Source of the DNA: Carpediemonas membranifera BICM
Lineage: Eukaryota > Protista > Fornicata
Direction: 5' to 3'
Length of the DNA stretch: 64,000 nt
NCBI GenBank assembly: GCA_019828565.1
Contig: JAHDYR010000069.1
Location: forward strand, 502,799-566,798
Made by a program: the position numbers and the translations under genes. This document shows, one piece after another, positions 36,984 to 47,839 of this stretch; position 1 is the first letter of the stretch; every line of letters begins with the position of its first letter. Under the pieces are notes generated by a model. That model worked only from the letters and a program-made list of their open reading frames with translations, was not told the DNA's origin and made no database searches.

Positions 36984-37020
36984 TTAAACCTCTTTCGCTA
37001 GCTGTTCTATCCATACCACA
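36968..37020 (+). repeat. 3' LTR of I (53 bp)
   Basis: After the PPT, before TSD GACCG. Confidence 0.95.
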
Positions 37021-38945
37021 GACCGCCTACGCGCCGCTGAACGCCCGGGCCCCAACGCCCACTCCGCGGCTCCGCGCCCTACGTGTTCCTTCTGCGGCAA
37101 GGTCGGCCATGACATAGACCACTGTTTCGCTAAGCGTGACAAGAAGCCCCGTAATAAACGGGCATCCTATTTTGAGCTGTTGACGATAGATCCCTTGCCT
37201 GGTCCAGAGAGAGTGACACCGCAGGCCGTATTCTCGGTGTCGACCCCAGGGATGCCCTGTGTCCGCGCGCTATTTGACACAGGCGCCACAGCGAATTTTA
37301 TTTGCCGCGAGCTCCTGGAGCAGCTCAAACCAATCTCGGTACGGCCCACGACTCGCAAGGTCCAGTTTGGCAGTGGCCAAATAATGAAAGCCGCTCAGGA
37401 AGCCATACTGGAGCTCGACCTTGGAGTTTGTAGACATCGGGGCGCCAACTCACGGCGTTGGCCCCCCTCCTAGTTTTGGATCAGCTATCCCATCCACTTG
37501 TACTTGGCTATCCACTTCTTAACGAGCTAGGCGTCGTTCGCTTTGATATGGGCGAACCAGACGTTTCTGACACTGACAGCGAGGTGGACGTGGACCTCAA
37601 TGTCATAGAGACCGACGATAACCAGGAGCCCCAGTGCCTGGTGCCCGAGCTAGCTTCAGAAGTCGAGGCCCTTCAAAGGCGCTTTCCTGAGCTGTTCGGC
37701 GGTCTGACAGCCACGCCAGCCAAGGTCACACCCTTCGACATTGTCCTCGAGGAAGGAATGACCACCAACTGCCCACCATACCGCTACTCAGTCGCTGTCC
37801 TCGAAGAAATTCGCCGGCAGACTGAGGAGCAGGAGGCAACTGGAATCATTCAACCCTCAGAGTCGCAGTTCAACTCCCCAATCGTTGCCGTCACCAAGCG
37901 TGACGGGACAATAAGACTGTGCCTTGACTTCCGCCGGGTCAACGAGATTACCCGACCTGACGAGCACCCCCTGCCTATCATTGATGACCTCGTGGGAACC
38001 CTGGAAGGAAAGCAGTTTTTCGCTGCAATAGACTTGTCCAAGGCCTTCCTTCAAATCCCACTCACTGATACAGCAAGAACCATTACTGCATTTGTTGCTG
38101 CCGGGAAGAAATACGAGTACTTACGGATGCCTTTCGGCCTCCGGAACGCCGCAATACATTGCCAGAGATGCCTAGAGGAAGCCCTGGGTCCCGCTCTCTA
38201 CATAAGAGCGCTGGTCTACATTGATGACATCGTTGTCTTCGGTAACGACCAAGAGGAGTTCATCAGCAATCTGAGGGATGTGTTAGAACGGCTCGACGCC
38301 GCCAACCTTCGGATCAACGCCAAGAAGACCATCCTCGCAGCCCGAAGCATCGACTATCTCGGATGGCATGTCTCCGCGGAAGGGAAATCCATCTCGACCG
38401 ATCGTCTCGAACCCATCCGCACGCTCAAGGCCCCCTCAAACATCTCCGAGGTACGCAGCCTCTTAGGTCTCGTCAACTAGCTTCAGACATACGACTTCGA
38501 CATTGTGCATGTGGCCGGCGCCGACAACGGCGCCGCCGACGCACTTAGTCGCCTTCTATCTGTCACGCTACTTCCCTCCGAACGGGAGGAGCTAATTATG
38601 CATTTCCACGGCCGACGTGGAGGCCATGTCGGATATAGGGCCGTTGTAGAGCACCTCCGAGAGGCAGGCCACACTTGGAAAGGCATGGTAGCCGACACTC
38701 GACGTGTCATCTCCACCTGCCCTACCTGCCAGCTGACAAGGCCTACGAAGCCCGCACAGACATCCATGGGACGCACCGCCGCCAGTGCTCCATTCGAGCG
38801 GATTCAGATAGACACGCTCGGCCCTCTCCCTGTTGCCGACACCGGCGAGAGATATCTCCTAGTCCTTGTGGACACTTTCAGCAAGTATACTAAGCTTTAC
38901 CCCACAGTGACTTGCTCGGCGAGCGCCGCTGCCGCTGCCATCCGG

Positions 38946-40342
38946 AAGGTATTCCCGTGATCCCGCAGGCCTCGGCAGAGCTTAAGCGACGTATACTGAA
39001 GCACGCTCATCGCTGGCATGAAGGCCGAGACAAGACAATACAGAAGGCCAAGGAGATTGGCATTTCGGCCGGCCTGGCGAGTGACGCTAGCAACACCGTC
39101 AAGACGTGCCCCGTCTGCGCAAAGACGCGGATTAGACAATACATCCAGGACAACAAGATCTTCAGAACCACGAGCACGACGCCCTGGAGGTCCATCGCGA
39201 TCGACACGATCGGTCCGATTAGCATGGATTCCGAAGGCAACCGATACATCTATGTCATCACCGACTTATGCACACGGTACACCGAGCTTATGCCATCACA
39301 CGCCAACGACGCAGAGAGCGCCACCAAGGCCCTGTGGCAGAGTGTCCTGAGACACGGTATCCCGCAGTATATCAAGTCCGACAACGGCGTCGAATACACC
39401 AACATGCTCGTGGAGGGCCTAGTAGAGACACTTAAGACCCACCACCAATATACCCTCCCCTACAGCCCGGAGTCCAACGGAGTTGTTGAACGTCGCAACG
39501 GAGAGGTCATGAGACACATTCGATGGATGGTGTTGGCAATGGACAGTTTTGATCATTGGTCTCACGTCTTGCCGCTAGCACAACACATTTTGAACAACAC
39601 TACGCACTCAGATACGGGATTCTCCCCCAATGAGCTCATCTATGGCCGGCGCAACGACATCGGCCGGGTTCAGCTAGGCGACGTGATGACGTCGAATGAG
39701 CCGGAGGGGGAGGTAAGGAATGCCGCGGACTACCTGAGAGCGCTTCGTGATCTGCAACAACTCGCTGACGAGACATTAGTTGACGAGGGCTCAGAGGACT
39801 TCCGCAAGTTCAAGGAAGAGGTCATCGAGCCTGGAATGCTGGTTTTCAAGAGACCAGTGACGAAGAACAAGCTACACGGACTGCTTGGGCCCTACAAGGT
39901 CCTGGCCCAGAAAGGTAAGGCCGTGAACTCGAGTCGGTCCTTGAACAACGCAGAGAGGTTGTCCACAGGTCCAAGCTCGCACCGTGCCCGGCTATAGAGC
40001 TGACTCAAGCCCGACAGATGCGGGCGTCAGACGACGAGTTATACGTCGCTGAAGAGATTGTCAAGCATCGCGCGAGGACGCATGAGCTGCTGATCAGATG
40101 TGAGGGCTATAAGGTCCCCACCTGGGAGAAGTACTCCACAGCTAACAAGCACCTGGGCATCGTCCAGGACTACCTCCGTCGGCATCGCCTACGATGGCGC
40201 CCCGTTCAGTTTGAGAACAATCCCTGAGAAGGAGAGAGGGGGTAGGATGTCACGGGGCTACTCATATATTTATGGTCTACGTACCATTCATTGTAAATCA
40301 CACACTCGTCAATCGTTTTGCCCTTAACTGGGTCATAGGGCA
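38946..40342 (+). mobile_element. Gypsy element J 3' portion (integrase, chromodomain, PPT, 3' LTR 40248-40342)
   Basis: HRWH…CPVC, DTIGP, YSPESNGVVER, GPY, chromodomain; PPT GAGAAGGAGAGAGGGGGTAGGA then a TG…CA 95-bp segment that differs from the H LTR. Confidence 0.85.
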
Positions 40343-40950
40343 TCCAGCGCCGCCTTGGCCACTCGCCCACCGGCCATTATACTGTTAGAAATGGGGTTTC
40401 ATCATTAGGTAGACAGGCTCGTTCACCCTATCGGGCGCAGCTTGGTCGACCCGAGCTTCGGCAGTAAGCTCAGCTAGACATGCCCGTAGACGCTTGTCAA
40501 CTCCTCCCCGGTGCTGATGCTGTTGATCGTCATCGCCAGGTATTCACCCACCTCCGCGCGGTTCGTCGCAGCTACCATGCTCCCGTCTCTAGTTCTGACC
40601 GGACTCAGCCCGGCCATCTCTTTGAGGTGAGTGTTGGTCCACCCGGATAGGCCACAGGCCTTCTCCTCCGTCTGGTTGAGGAGGGCCAGCGCGCACTCAG
40701 CTCTGACTAGGCCTGCCTTCATCGGAAGCGGAGATGTCTGGTTCATCGTCGCTGCTCGATCTGCGGTGGTCTGCGGGATGGGCGGGCTCTCACCCTCCCT
40801 GCGTGGGAACAGGGCCTCAACCTGCTCTCGCGTCTCGCTGGCGGGCGTGGCCGCCTCGTTCAAGATGCGTCTGCTGAGGCCGACCCGGTCGTTGACAAAG
40901 TGTTTCAGCGCCCTCTCGAGCTTGCCAACTGTCTGCAGCTGCTCAGTAGT
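40343..40950 (-). mobile_element. Degenerate non-LTR retrotransposon RT N-terminal fragment (CRE/SLACS-like)
   Basis: EQVEALFP…ACGLSGWTNTHL…LSLLPKLGSTKLRPIG pattern (RT domains 0-2) with a stop and frameshifts. Confidence 0.65.
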
Positions 40951-41077
40951 CTATTCTGGCAAAATGGTATCCCTTGCATGACACACTACACGTTCAGGCT
41001 TTCATCAACATGGCAGGCTCTTGTAAAAATCTGATCCGTTTATATATAGCTATATATCCATAAATAACTTGAGGAGA

Positions 41078-42187
41078 TTATACCCTCTTCTTCAGCTCCA
41101 CTGGCGTCTTGCCGTGGCCTGCAAGGATCGGCTTCACCTCATCCACGGTCACCTTGCTTCGCTTACTCTTGCCCGCCTTCTGGACAATATTGATACCCAA
41201 CCCGGCAAAAACAAGCCCGACGCCAACCCAAGAGCCGACAGAGACGACGTGGCCGTAGATAATGACAGAGAGCAGTATCGTAAAGAACTTGCGGGTAGTA
41301 GTAGTAACAGAAGTTGCAAGGGATCCGAAGTCACGGATCATGCCGTATAAAAAGACCTGGCCCACGCCAGAGGCCAACCCCACCAGGGCGAGAGAGACGG
41401 CCAAATCACTGCCGGCCATGCGGATAAAGCTGACTGCGTCGAACAGCTGGCCAGTGCCGACGAGCGCTACTGCTGCAAACAAGGCAGAGAAGAGGTTGAC
41501 CCCCATCATGAGCTGGAGCGACGAGGGACGGTAGCGGGCGACGTACTTGTCCTGAAGGGTGTTCGTGAGGCCATCACAGACAAGAGAGGCGATTAGGAGG
41601 GCGATGCCGAGGCCGGAAGAGGAGGAGGACCCCGCGCTCTTCCGGAAGAAAGAGAATACGAAAATGCCAGAGGTTAAGACAAAGACGGCCAGATACTGTG
41701 AAGCAGGGTACCTCTTACCCGCTATGACAGCTGCGCCCATCACGGCGACCATCTTACACGACTTTGCGAGGACTTGGAAGGGGAAGTCAACGTGCATGAG
41801 GGCAGTGTTTGAGAAGAGGATGCCGAGGATGTATGAGAAGCCAACCATGACATACGCTGACACTGGTGCACCGAGGGAAAGGTCAAGCTTGCGTGTAGCA
41901 CTGGGGTGGGGGTTCGATTCTGGGGCATCGGCGGGATGGAGGTTCTTCCAAGCGATTACGGCGAGACGGCAGATCAAGGCGACCAAAAAGTTGCACACTG
42001 TGTATACAGTGATCAGGAATAGCGGGAATCTGAAGCGCTCGTGCTCAGGACCAAATGTATGGCTCACAACGCGCTCTTGTGCGATACCAAATAGCATATA
42101 GGCAACATAGATGCCTATAAGGTACACAAAGAACGATCTACCCCTCGAAAACCGAGACTGGACTATGAAATCCTGTTTCCCAGTCAT
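41078..42187 (-). CDS. UAA-family nucleotide-sugar transporter (SLC35B1/HUT1-like)
   Basis: GIAQER, ALMHVDFPFQVLAKSCK, DGLTNTLQD, TTTRKFFT, C-terminal KKxx; start may be upstream (42211). Confidence 0.9.
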   Translation of the reverse strand: MTGKQDFIVQSRFSRGRSFFVYLIGIYVAYMLFGIAQERVVSHTFGPEHERFRFPLFLITVYTVCNFLVALICRLAVIAWKNLHPADAPESNPHPSATRKLDLSLGAPVSAYVMVGFSYILGILFSNTALMHVDFPFQVLAKSCKMVAVMGAAVIAGKRYPASQYLAVFVLTSGIFVFSFFRKSAGSSSSSGLGIALLIASLVCDGLTNTLQDKYVARYRPSSLQLMMGVNLFSALFAAVALVGTGQLFDAVSFIRMAGSDLAVSLALVGLASGVGQVFLYGMIRDFGSLATSVTTTTRKFFTILLSVIIYGHVVSVGSWVGVGLVFAGLGINIVQKAGKSKRSKVTVDEVKPILAGHGKTPVELKKRV

Positions 42188-42354
42188 TTCTTCGTGTTCT
42201 GCCTGAATCATGACTCCAGCCGAGTCATGCCACGTCATCAGACAAGGAGGAGAGGCCAGCATCAGGCTACTATAACAACGTATATGCCCCCGACTATATA
42301 TTTAGCCGACCGCTTTGTCGATCAGGCAACCAGACTTCGCAGATCGATAATAAT

Positions 42355-43137
42355 TTAAAACACGATATCGTCGTCGCCTCCAATGAGATCAGCAGGCTCC
42401 TCGAGCGGCCCTCCCGTCATGAGGGCGAGGGTATCGATGTCATCTTCCAGACGCCTCATTTCGCGGCGAGCCTCGAGTGCGGCCTTCTCCATCTCGATGC
42501 GCTTCTTCTTCTTCTCCACGATCTTCTTCATCCTGGTAAACTCCTCGCGCTCCTCCTCGTCGAGGTGGTCCTTGATCATCTGAATTGTGTTCTTGATCTT
42601 GGGAATGACCACGTTCTCGATGGCGTTCACTCGCCGGTTCGTCAGCTTGATCACCTCGTCCAGCTTCAGGAATGACGTTTGCAGTGACGCCAGCTTGACG
42701 ATGGTGTCCAGGGCGCTGCGGTGAGTCTGGGCGCACTTCTCGATCTTCGACCCGCCGGCAGACAGGCCCGTCAGCTGCATGCTCGTTGACCCGGAGCACT
42801 CGAGGTTGAAGACGGGTAGATGGACACCGGCGATGTTATCGATGCCGCCCCGGACGAGAGCTGATGGCTGTGAGACCTTCTGTTGGATCACTTGAGAGAT
42901 GTCGCCAGCGGCATAGCGAGTTTCGGCCATAGCGAGGGCTGTACGCTTCAGAACATTGCCCATCTCCATCTTTGTGTCATAGATATCCTTGGTGATCTGT
43001 CTGAAACGGACAGTGAGCGCGTCAGCCTTCTTCTTAAGGAGGCGATGCCCCTTCTGCGCTGCTCCAAGACGGACTTGAAGTCTTTGGAGAGTCATACGCG
43101 TAGGCAAAGTATTAGGAAGTACATCTTGGCCAGACAT
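42355..43137 (-). CDS. ATP6V1D: V-type H+-ATPase V1 subunit D
   Basis: PTRMTL…GHRLLKKKADAL, TNRRVNAIENVVIP, EREEFTRMKK. Confidence 0.96.
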   Translation of the reverse strand: MSGQDVLPNTLPTRMTLQRLQVRLGAAQKGHRLLKKKADALTVRFRQITKDIYDTKMEMGNVLKRTALAMAETRYAAGDISQVIQQKVSQPSALVRGGIDNIAGVHLPVFNLECSGSTSMQLTGLSAGGSKIEKCAQTHRSALDTIVKLASLQTSFLKLDEVIKLTNRRVNAIENVVIPKIKNTIQMIKDHLDEEEREEFTRMKKIVEKKKKRIEMEKAALEARREMRRLEDDIDTLALMTGGPLEEPADLIGGDDDIVF

Positions 43138-43280
43138 GTTCTAAGGCTCAACTAATTGCTGCAGAGCTGCGCTCTCGTTGTGTGAGGCAAAGTATACATT
43201 TCCCATTTACGTGATTTACTTAATGCCAATTGTCAGCTCTGCAGATCACTCCAATCGCCTTCAATCTCACCGTTGCTGCG

Positions 43281-44304
43281 TTAAACAGTATTTAGCAACC
43301 CCTTCATCTTATCAGCCTTGTCCATAGGGCGTGTCTCGACGACCATAACGCCCCGAGACGCGCGGTGGCATCTCCACGCCGGCCCGACTGAAATGTGCCA
43401 GAGAATAACGTACCCGCTCACGACGACGACCATAGAATACACAACGGCGAGCACGCTTCTGACGAGCTCATTCAACCCGCCCAGCTCCGAGAGGAAGAGG
43501 TCCAGATAGACCAACGTCGTGTTCAGGACGAGGATGGCCGCACGGGTGGCGTTCACAACAATCATGCCGCGGATGACAGCCTTGCTGATGCCCAGGATGC
43601 GGCGATTAGTTGCGTGGGAAGGGGTTACGGAGGCGAGCTTGTGGTGTCTGTTGAACACGATAAACAGGGCTAACACCTCCAGAGCACCTACTGCTGCGAG
43701 TGCGGGGAGTAGTAACCGGCCTCCGCCGATAGCCGGGGCGACGATGGAGACGAACCAGACATCGGGCGTGGCAATGTACACAATGATAGCTAGGACGATA
43801 AGGGCGAAGAACGCGGTGATACACACTGCCGAGGAGGCGTATGTGTGTGTGAGAACGGCGGAGGAGAGGAAGAATGACTTGAACACGAAGGGCGAGAGCT
43901 TCAGCCGGCCCTTTTCTGGGTCATATGACGCACCGACGTAGCAATGGGCGAGGTATGCTGGTATTACAGTGATAGACAGCTCTATAATGGCCACTGTGTG
44001 AGTTGCGGAAGGCGGACGTACTGTGGATGATCAGGAAAAGAGTACCGGCCACCAGAGAGACTGGGGATAGGGCGGGGAGGATCAGGACGGTGGATGCAGC
44101 CCATAGAAACACCCCTATGCATTGAAGGACACGGTATCCGCGATGTGCAAGCAGATCCGTGCCCATAAAATAGACAAATACGGCTGAGGCTAATAGCGGG
44201 AGACAAGAGGGGATTAGAAAGATCATCTGGAGACCTGAGACGATTGCCTTTGTTGGATTCGCCGTAATACTCCCTCCAGCGTCCACGAGGTCAAACACAT
44301 CCAT
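43281..44304 (-). CDS. Multi-pass (about 7 TM) membrane protein, 2 exons (44022-44304, 43281-43993)
   Basis: Two hydrophobic ORFs joined in frame by a 28-nt GT-AG intron at 43994-44021. Confidence 0.7.
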
Positions 44305-44465
44305 AGAAACGGCGGGCACTTTCGTATTTATGGATGGCCGAATTTAAGGCGCAGCAGGGAAATGGAACGGTGAATGTTGGCCACCGACGCCACCATACCG
44401 CTCAACCCGCCGTATCGCATGATAAGCAGTCGAGACCTGTGGTGCAGGTTAACACCGCCACCGAC

Positions 44466-45440
44466 TCACGCCAGGCCAGAAAAGTCAAGCGGACGACGAA
44501 CAGTGCTGCCACTCTCCTGCCTGCGCCGAGACGCTGGTGCCCGCATGGGAGTCGGGGTGCGATAAGCAGACATGAGCGACTCGACGTCGACTGCGTGTGC
44601 CGACCGGCTGGTGTGCATGAGCCGCTCGATGGCCAGGGACTGGTCCCGGCACTCCTGGGCGAGCACCCGGCTGTCCGACCGGGCCACATGCAGGTCCTGC
44701 TGTGTCGCCGTCAATTGGCGGGTGAGGGTCTCGGTCTCGAGAGCAACGGCAGTGAGCGCATCTTTGGCCTCCTTCAGCTGCCGCTCGAGCTCGCGTCTGG
44801 CCTGCTCGCCGGTGTCGGCCTTCACCGCCAGCGCTTCCTTGGCCTCCTTCAGCTGCCGCTCGAGCTCGCGTCTGGCCTGCTCGCCGGTGTCGGCCTTCAC
44901 CGCCAGCGCTTCCTTGGCCTCCTTCAGCTGCCGCTCGAGCTCGCGTCTGGCCTGCTCGCCGGTGTCGGCCTCCACCGCCAGCGCTTCCTTGGCCTCCTTC
45001 AGCTGCCGCTCGAGCTCGCGTCTGGCCTGCTCGCCGGTGTCGGCCTTCACCGCCAGCGCTTCCTTGGCCTCCTTCAGCTGCCGCTCGAGCTCGCGTCTGG
45101 CCTGCTCGCCGGTGTCGGCCTTCGCCACCAGTGCATCTTTGGCCTCCTTCAGCTGCCGCTGAAGTTTGAGCTCAGCCTCAGACTGAAAGAGCACGCCGCG
45201 CTCATCGGCGAACCACACCTGGGTAAACTTCGACTCCGTGGTTTTCTTCAGCTGAGCTTGCAGATATTCTGTTGTTTTCGCTGCCTCGCTCCTTTGCAAC
45301 CTCAGTTCAGAAAGCTCATGCCGTAGTTGGGCGATGATGCAATCTTTCCGCTCCAAGCCTTCACATGCCAGCGAAAGCTCGTTAAATAGTTCTTCTCGCC
45401 GCTCCTTAAAGGATGAGATGACCTCCATCATCTCATCCAT
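44466..45440 (-). CDS. Coiled-coil protein with 25-aa tandem repeats
   Basis: 324-aa E/K/R/A-rich ORF with an ATG start. Confidence 0.75.
   Translation of the reverse strand: MDEMMEVISSFKERREELFNELSLACEGLERKDCIIAQLRHELSELRLQRSEAAKTTEYLQAQLKKTTESKFTQVWFADERGVLFQSEAELKLQRQLKEAKDALVAKADTGEQARRELERQLKEAKEALAVKADTGEQARRELERQLKEAKEALAVEADTGEQARRELERQLKEAKEALAVKADTGEQARRELERQLKEAKEALAVKADTGEQARRELERQLKEAKDALTAVALETETLTRQLTATQQDLHVARSDSRVLAQECRDQSLAIERLMHTSRSAHAVDVESLMSAYRTPTPMRAPASRRRQESGSTVRRPLDFSGLA
44758..45160. repeat. 75-bp coding minisatellite, about 5.4 copies
   Basis: Near-identical units encoding ERQLKEAKEALAVKADTGEQARREL. Confidence 0.95.
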
Positions 45441-45655
45441 ATTCGTTCACTTGGCAATAACATAAAATGCCCCCTGTGAAAACTCAATTGAGGTTGCTAA
45501 TAACGGTGTCAGCTCCATCAAAGCTGTCTATCATTACTGCGCTATCCGATTGGATCCAACAACACGCTTCCCAGGATTGTGCACTTTAGCAAAATTTGAA
45601 AAACACCATCCAGCAGCTATATAACGCTGCGCTATCGCCTTTACTACCCATTACC

Positions 45656-47484
45656 TCATCCGAAGAAGTTCTCCCACTCGCCCACCTTCATCGTCTTCCA
45701 GTCGACCAGGCTACTAACAGCCCTCGCCCCAGCCCAGCCAGCCCCGAGGTCCTCTGAAAGCACGCGTACAGAGACGTTGGGCTCGTCAGAGTACGGCAAC
45801 AGCGGTCCAACCTCACGTGCGACCCGTTTCGTCAGCCCGGGAACTCTTGCCCCGCCGCCGCACAACATGACATTTCCCAGGCCAGCCTGTGTCGTTGCCG
45901 GAATCTGCTGGAGAATAAATGAGACCGTCTCGCCGAGTCCCGCGTCCGTGATCCCGAGGAGATACGGCTTGAACAAGGCCTCGGTCGCCATGATTCTCTC
46001 GACGCCAATTGGGTATACGAATGTCTTATGAGGGTCCCCGAAGTCTCCAATGAGCGTCTGCGTCGGCACAGTCAAGCTCTCCAGGAACGGTTCCCGGTTG
46101 ACGAATGTCGCGTCCCACTGCTGGATCTCGACCGTGACCCTGTCCACCTCCTCCTGGAGCTGCTTCACCTTCTCGTCGATGTCCTCGGGGCTTACGTTGA
46201 GGTACGCGTTCCACTCCCCCTCGCTCAGCTCAATGTCGGAGCCGTCGTCGCCGCTGTCCATCTGTTTGGCGATAATCTCCAGTCGGGCCCGGGTCGCGCC
46301 GGTACCGCGCTGGGCGAGCTGCTTTCTCCGTCTGGTAAGCTCTCTGATCTGAGTGCTGAGAGAGATGTGGCGCTCCTTGAGGCCGTGTAGGTGATGTTCC
46401 AGATTCGCCCGAATCTTTGCCTCCTCCGCCTCGCGCTCTTCCTTCTTCTTGCGGCGGCGCTCGGCCTCGCCCTCCTGGCGTCGCTTGAGTTCAAGGTACT
46501 TGGCCTCGTCAGCCTTGCGGAGCTCGCTTTCTTTCTCTTCCTTCTTCTTTCGCATCTCCTCTCGCATCTGGGACATGCGCTCAGCAGCTGCGGCCCTACG
46601 CTTCTCTTTCTGATCCTCGTTCTCAGCCTGCTGCATCGGCCCGTCGAGAGGTTGGAACGAGTGGAGACCGGGCTCCGCCTTGGGCGGCATTTCCAGCATT
46701 GTGTTGGGTTCGTAGTCCTCCTGTAGCTCCTTGTACGCGCTGAGCTCCTCGTCGAAGTCTTCTGCCGCGTAGATTAGGCCGTGGGCGAGGATCGTTGCCT
46801 CTTGGAATCCGACGACGCGGAGGGTGCTGATTCGAAGGTTCAGCGCGGCTTGGAGCCGTAGAACCATGTGGCACACACCCACGCTGATCCTCTTAGCGGC
46901 CGTCCGGATCGGTTGGCCGTCTATAACGGGGAGAATAGTCGTCGCGACGTGACCAATATGGACCAAGAGACCGGAGCAGGGCATGGCGTCCCTCTGCAGC
47001 GGGAGCGACTGCTCTAGTGCGTATGCGGCGAGGTGGGTGAGGATGTCGACGATGAAGACGACTTTGGTTGCACCATACGTCTCGACGAGGAGGTCCTTGA
47101 CGAGCTTACGGGCGCCACTGATGTTGCAGAAGGCCTCTGTGATTACTACGGGTGTATCTTTGAGAGTAGTCTTGAGCTTCAGGTCAGTTTCAAAGGAATA
47201 GTCGAGCATGAGCGAAAGAGCGGTGGCGTCCGTGACGATGACACCGTCGTGGCCAGTACGGACTAGCCCTCGGGCAAGGTCGCTTTCAGTGACATCATTT
47301 CCTATTTTGATCGTTGGACCATTGTCGCCAGCGCCATAGTGCCGAGATTTCATCACCATGCACGGTATGTCTGCTGTATTAGACGAATATGGGGATACAA
47401 ACTCCTTGGCTTATCTTCATTGCTCCAACCTACACGAAGGCGAGAGCATCCAAAGTCTATCACCAATACACGAGAAGTTGGCAT
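45656..47484 (-). CDS. ARP5: Actin-related protein 5 (INO80 subunit), 2 exons (47403-47484, 45656-47373)
   Basis: Exon 1 VLVIDFGCSRLRVGW; PVVITEAFCN; long charged insertion; GVERIMATEALFKP; NVMLCGGGARVPG; 29-nt intron. Confidence 0.85.
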
Positions 47485-47839
47485 CGTTTGAGAGCGAAAC
47501 AAGTCATAAAATGCACCCTCCAATTCTTCTTGCTAGCATGGCCACAGGAGCTTCTACAGCTGGCAGTTACATGGCTGATGAGCCTAAGCCACCTCACGCC
47601 GTTATGTTCGGGAGTAGTCATAAACTGCTCACCTGAGTGGAAATGCAAACAGCCGGCAGGAACATCTTGGCATGCGGCCGCGAGATGGAAACTCATTCCC
47701 TGCTCCCAATACACTGGACTGACCCAACTTCACCACTCGCTTCAAGCAATTTAACAAGAATAATGTGAAGAATTGAGCTCTTCCGTTACCTGTGCCACAC
47801 GGAAATATGCCAACATTGAGACAAACCCGCCCCAACCCC

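Larger units (their letters stand above)
32492..37020 (+). mobile_element. Gypsy element I, complete (4529 bp), nested in H
   Basis: 53-bp LTRs 32492-32544 and 36968-37020 (1 mismatch), 5-bp TSD GACCG, PPT GAGGAGAGGGGTAG. Confidence 0.95.
31717..38945 (+). mobile_element. Gypsy element H, interrupted by I in gag and truncated in integrase
   Basis: LTR 31717-31801, gag ATG 31824; frame resumes after I with CSFCGKVGHDIDHC, FDTGA, YIDD; most of RNase H deleted near 38485; IN HHCC and DTLGP. Confidence 0.9.

Noticed and set aside
44758-45160. CRISPR-like array
   Set aside because: Contiguous 75-bp units without unique spacers, in frame within a eukaryotic ORF.
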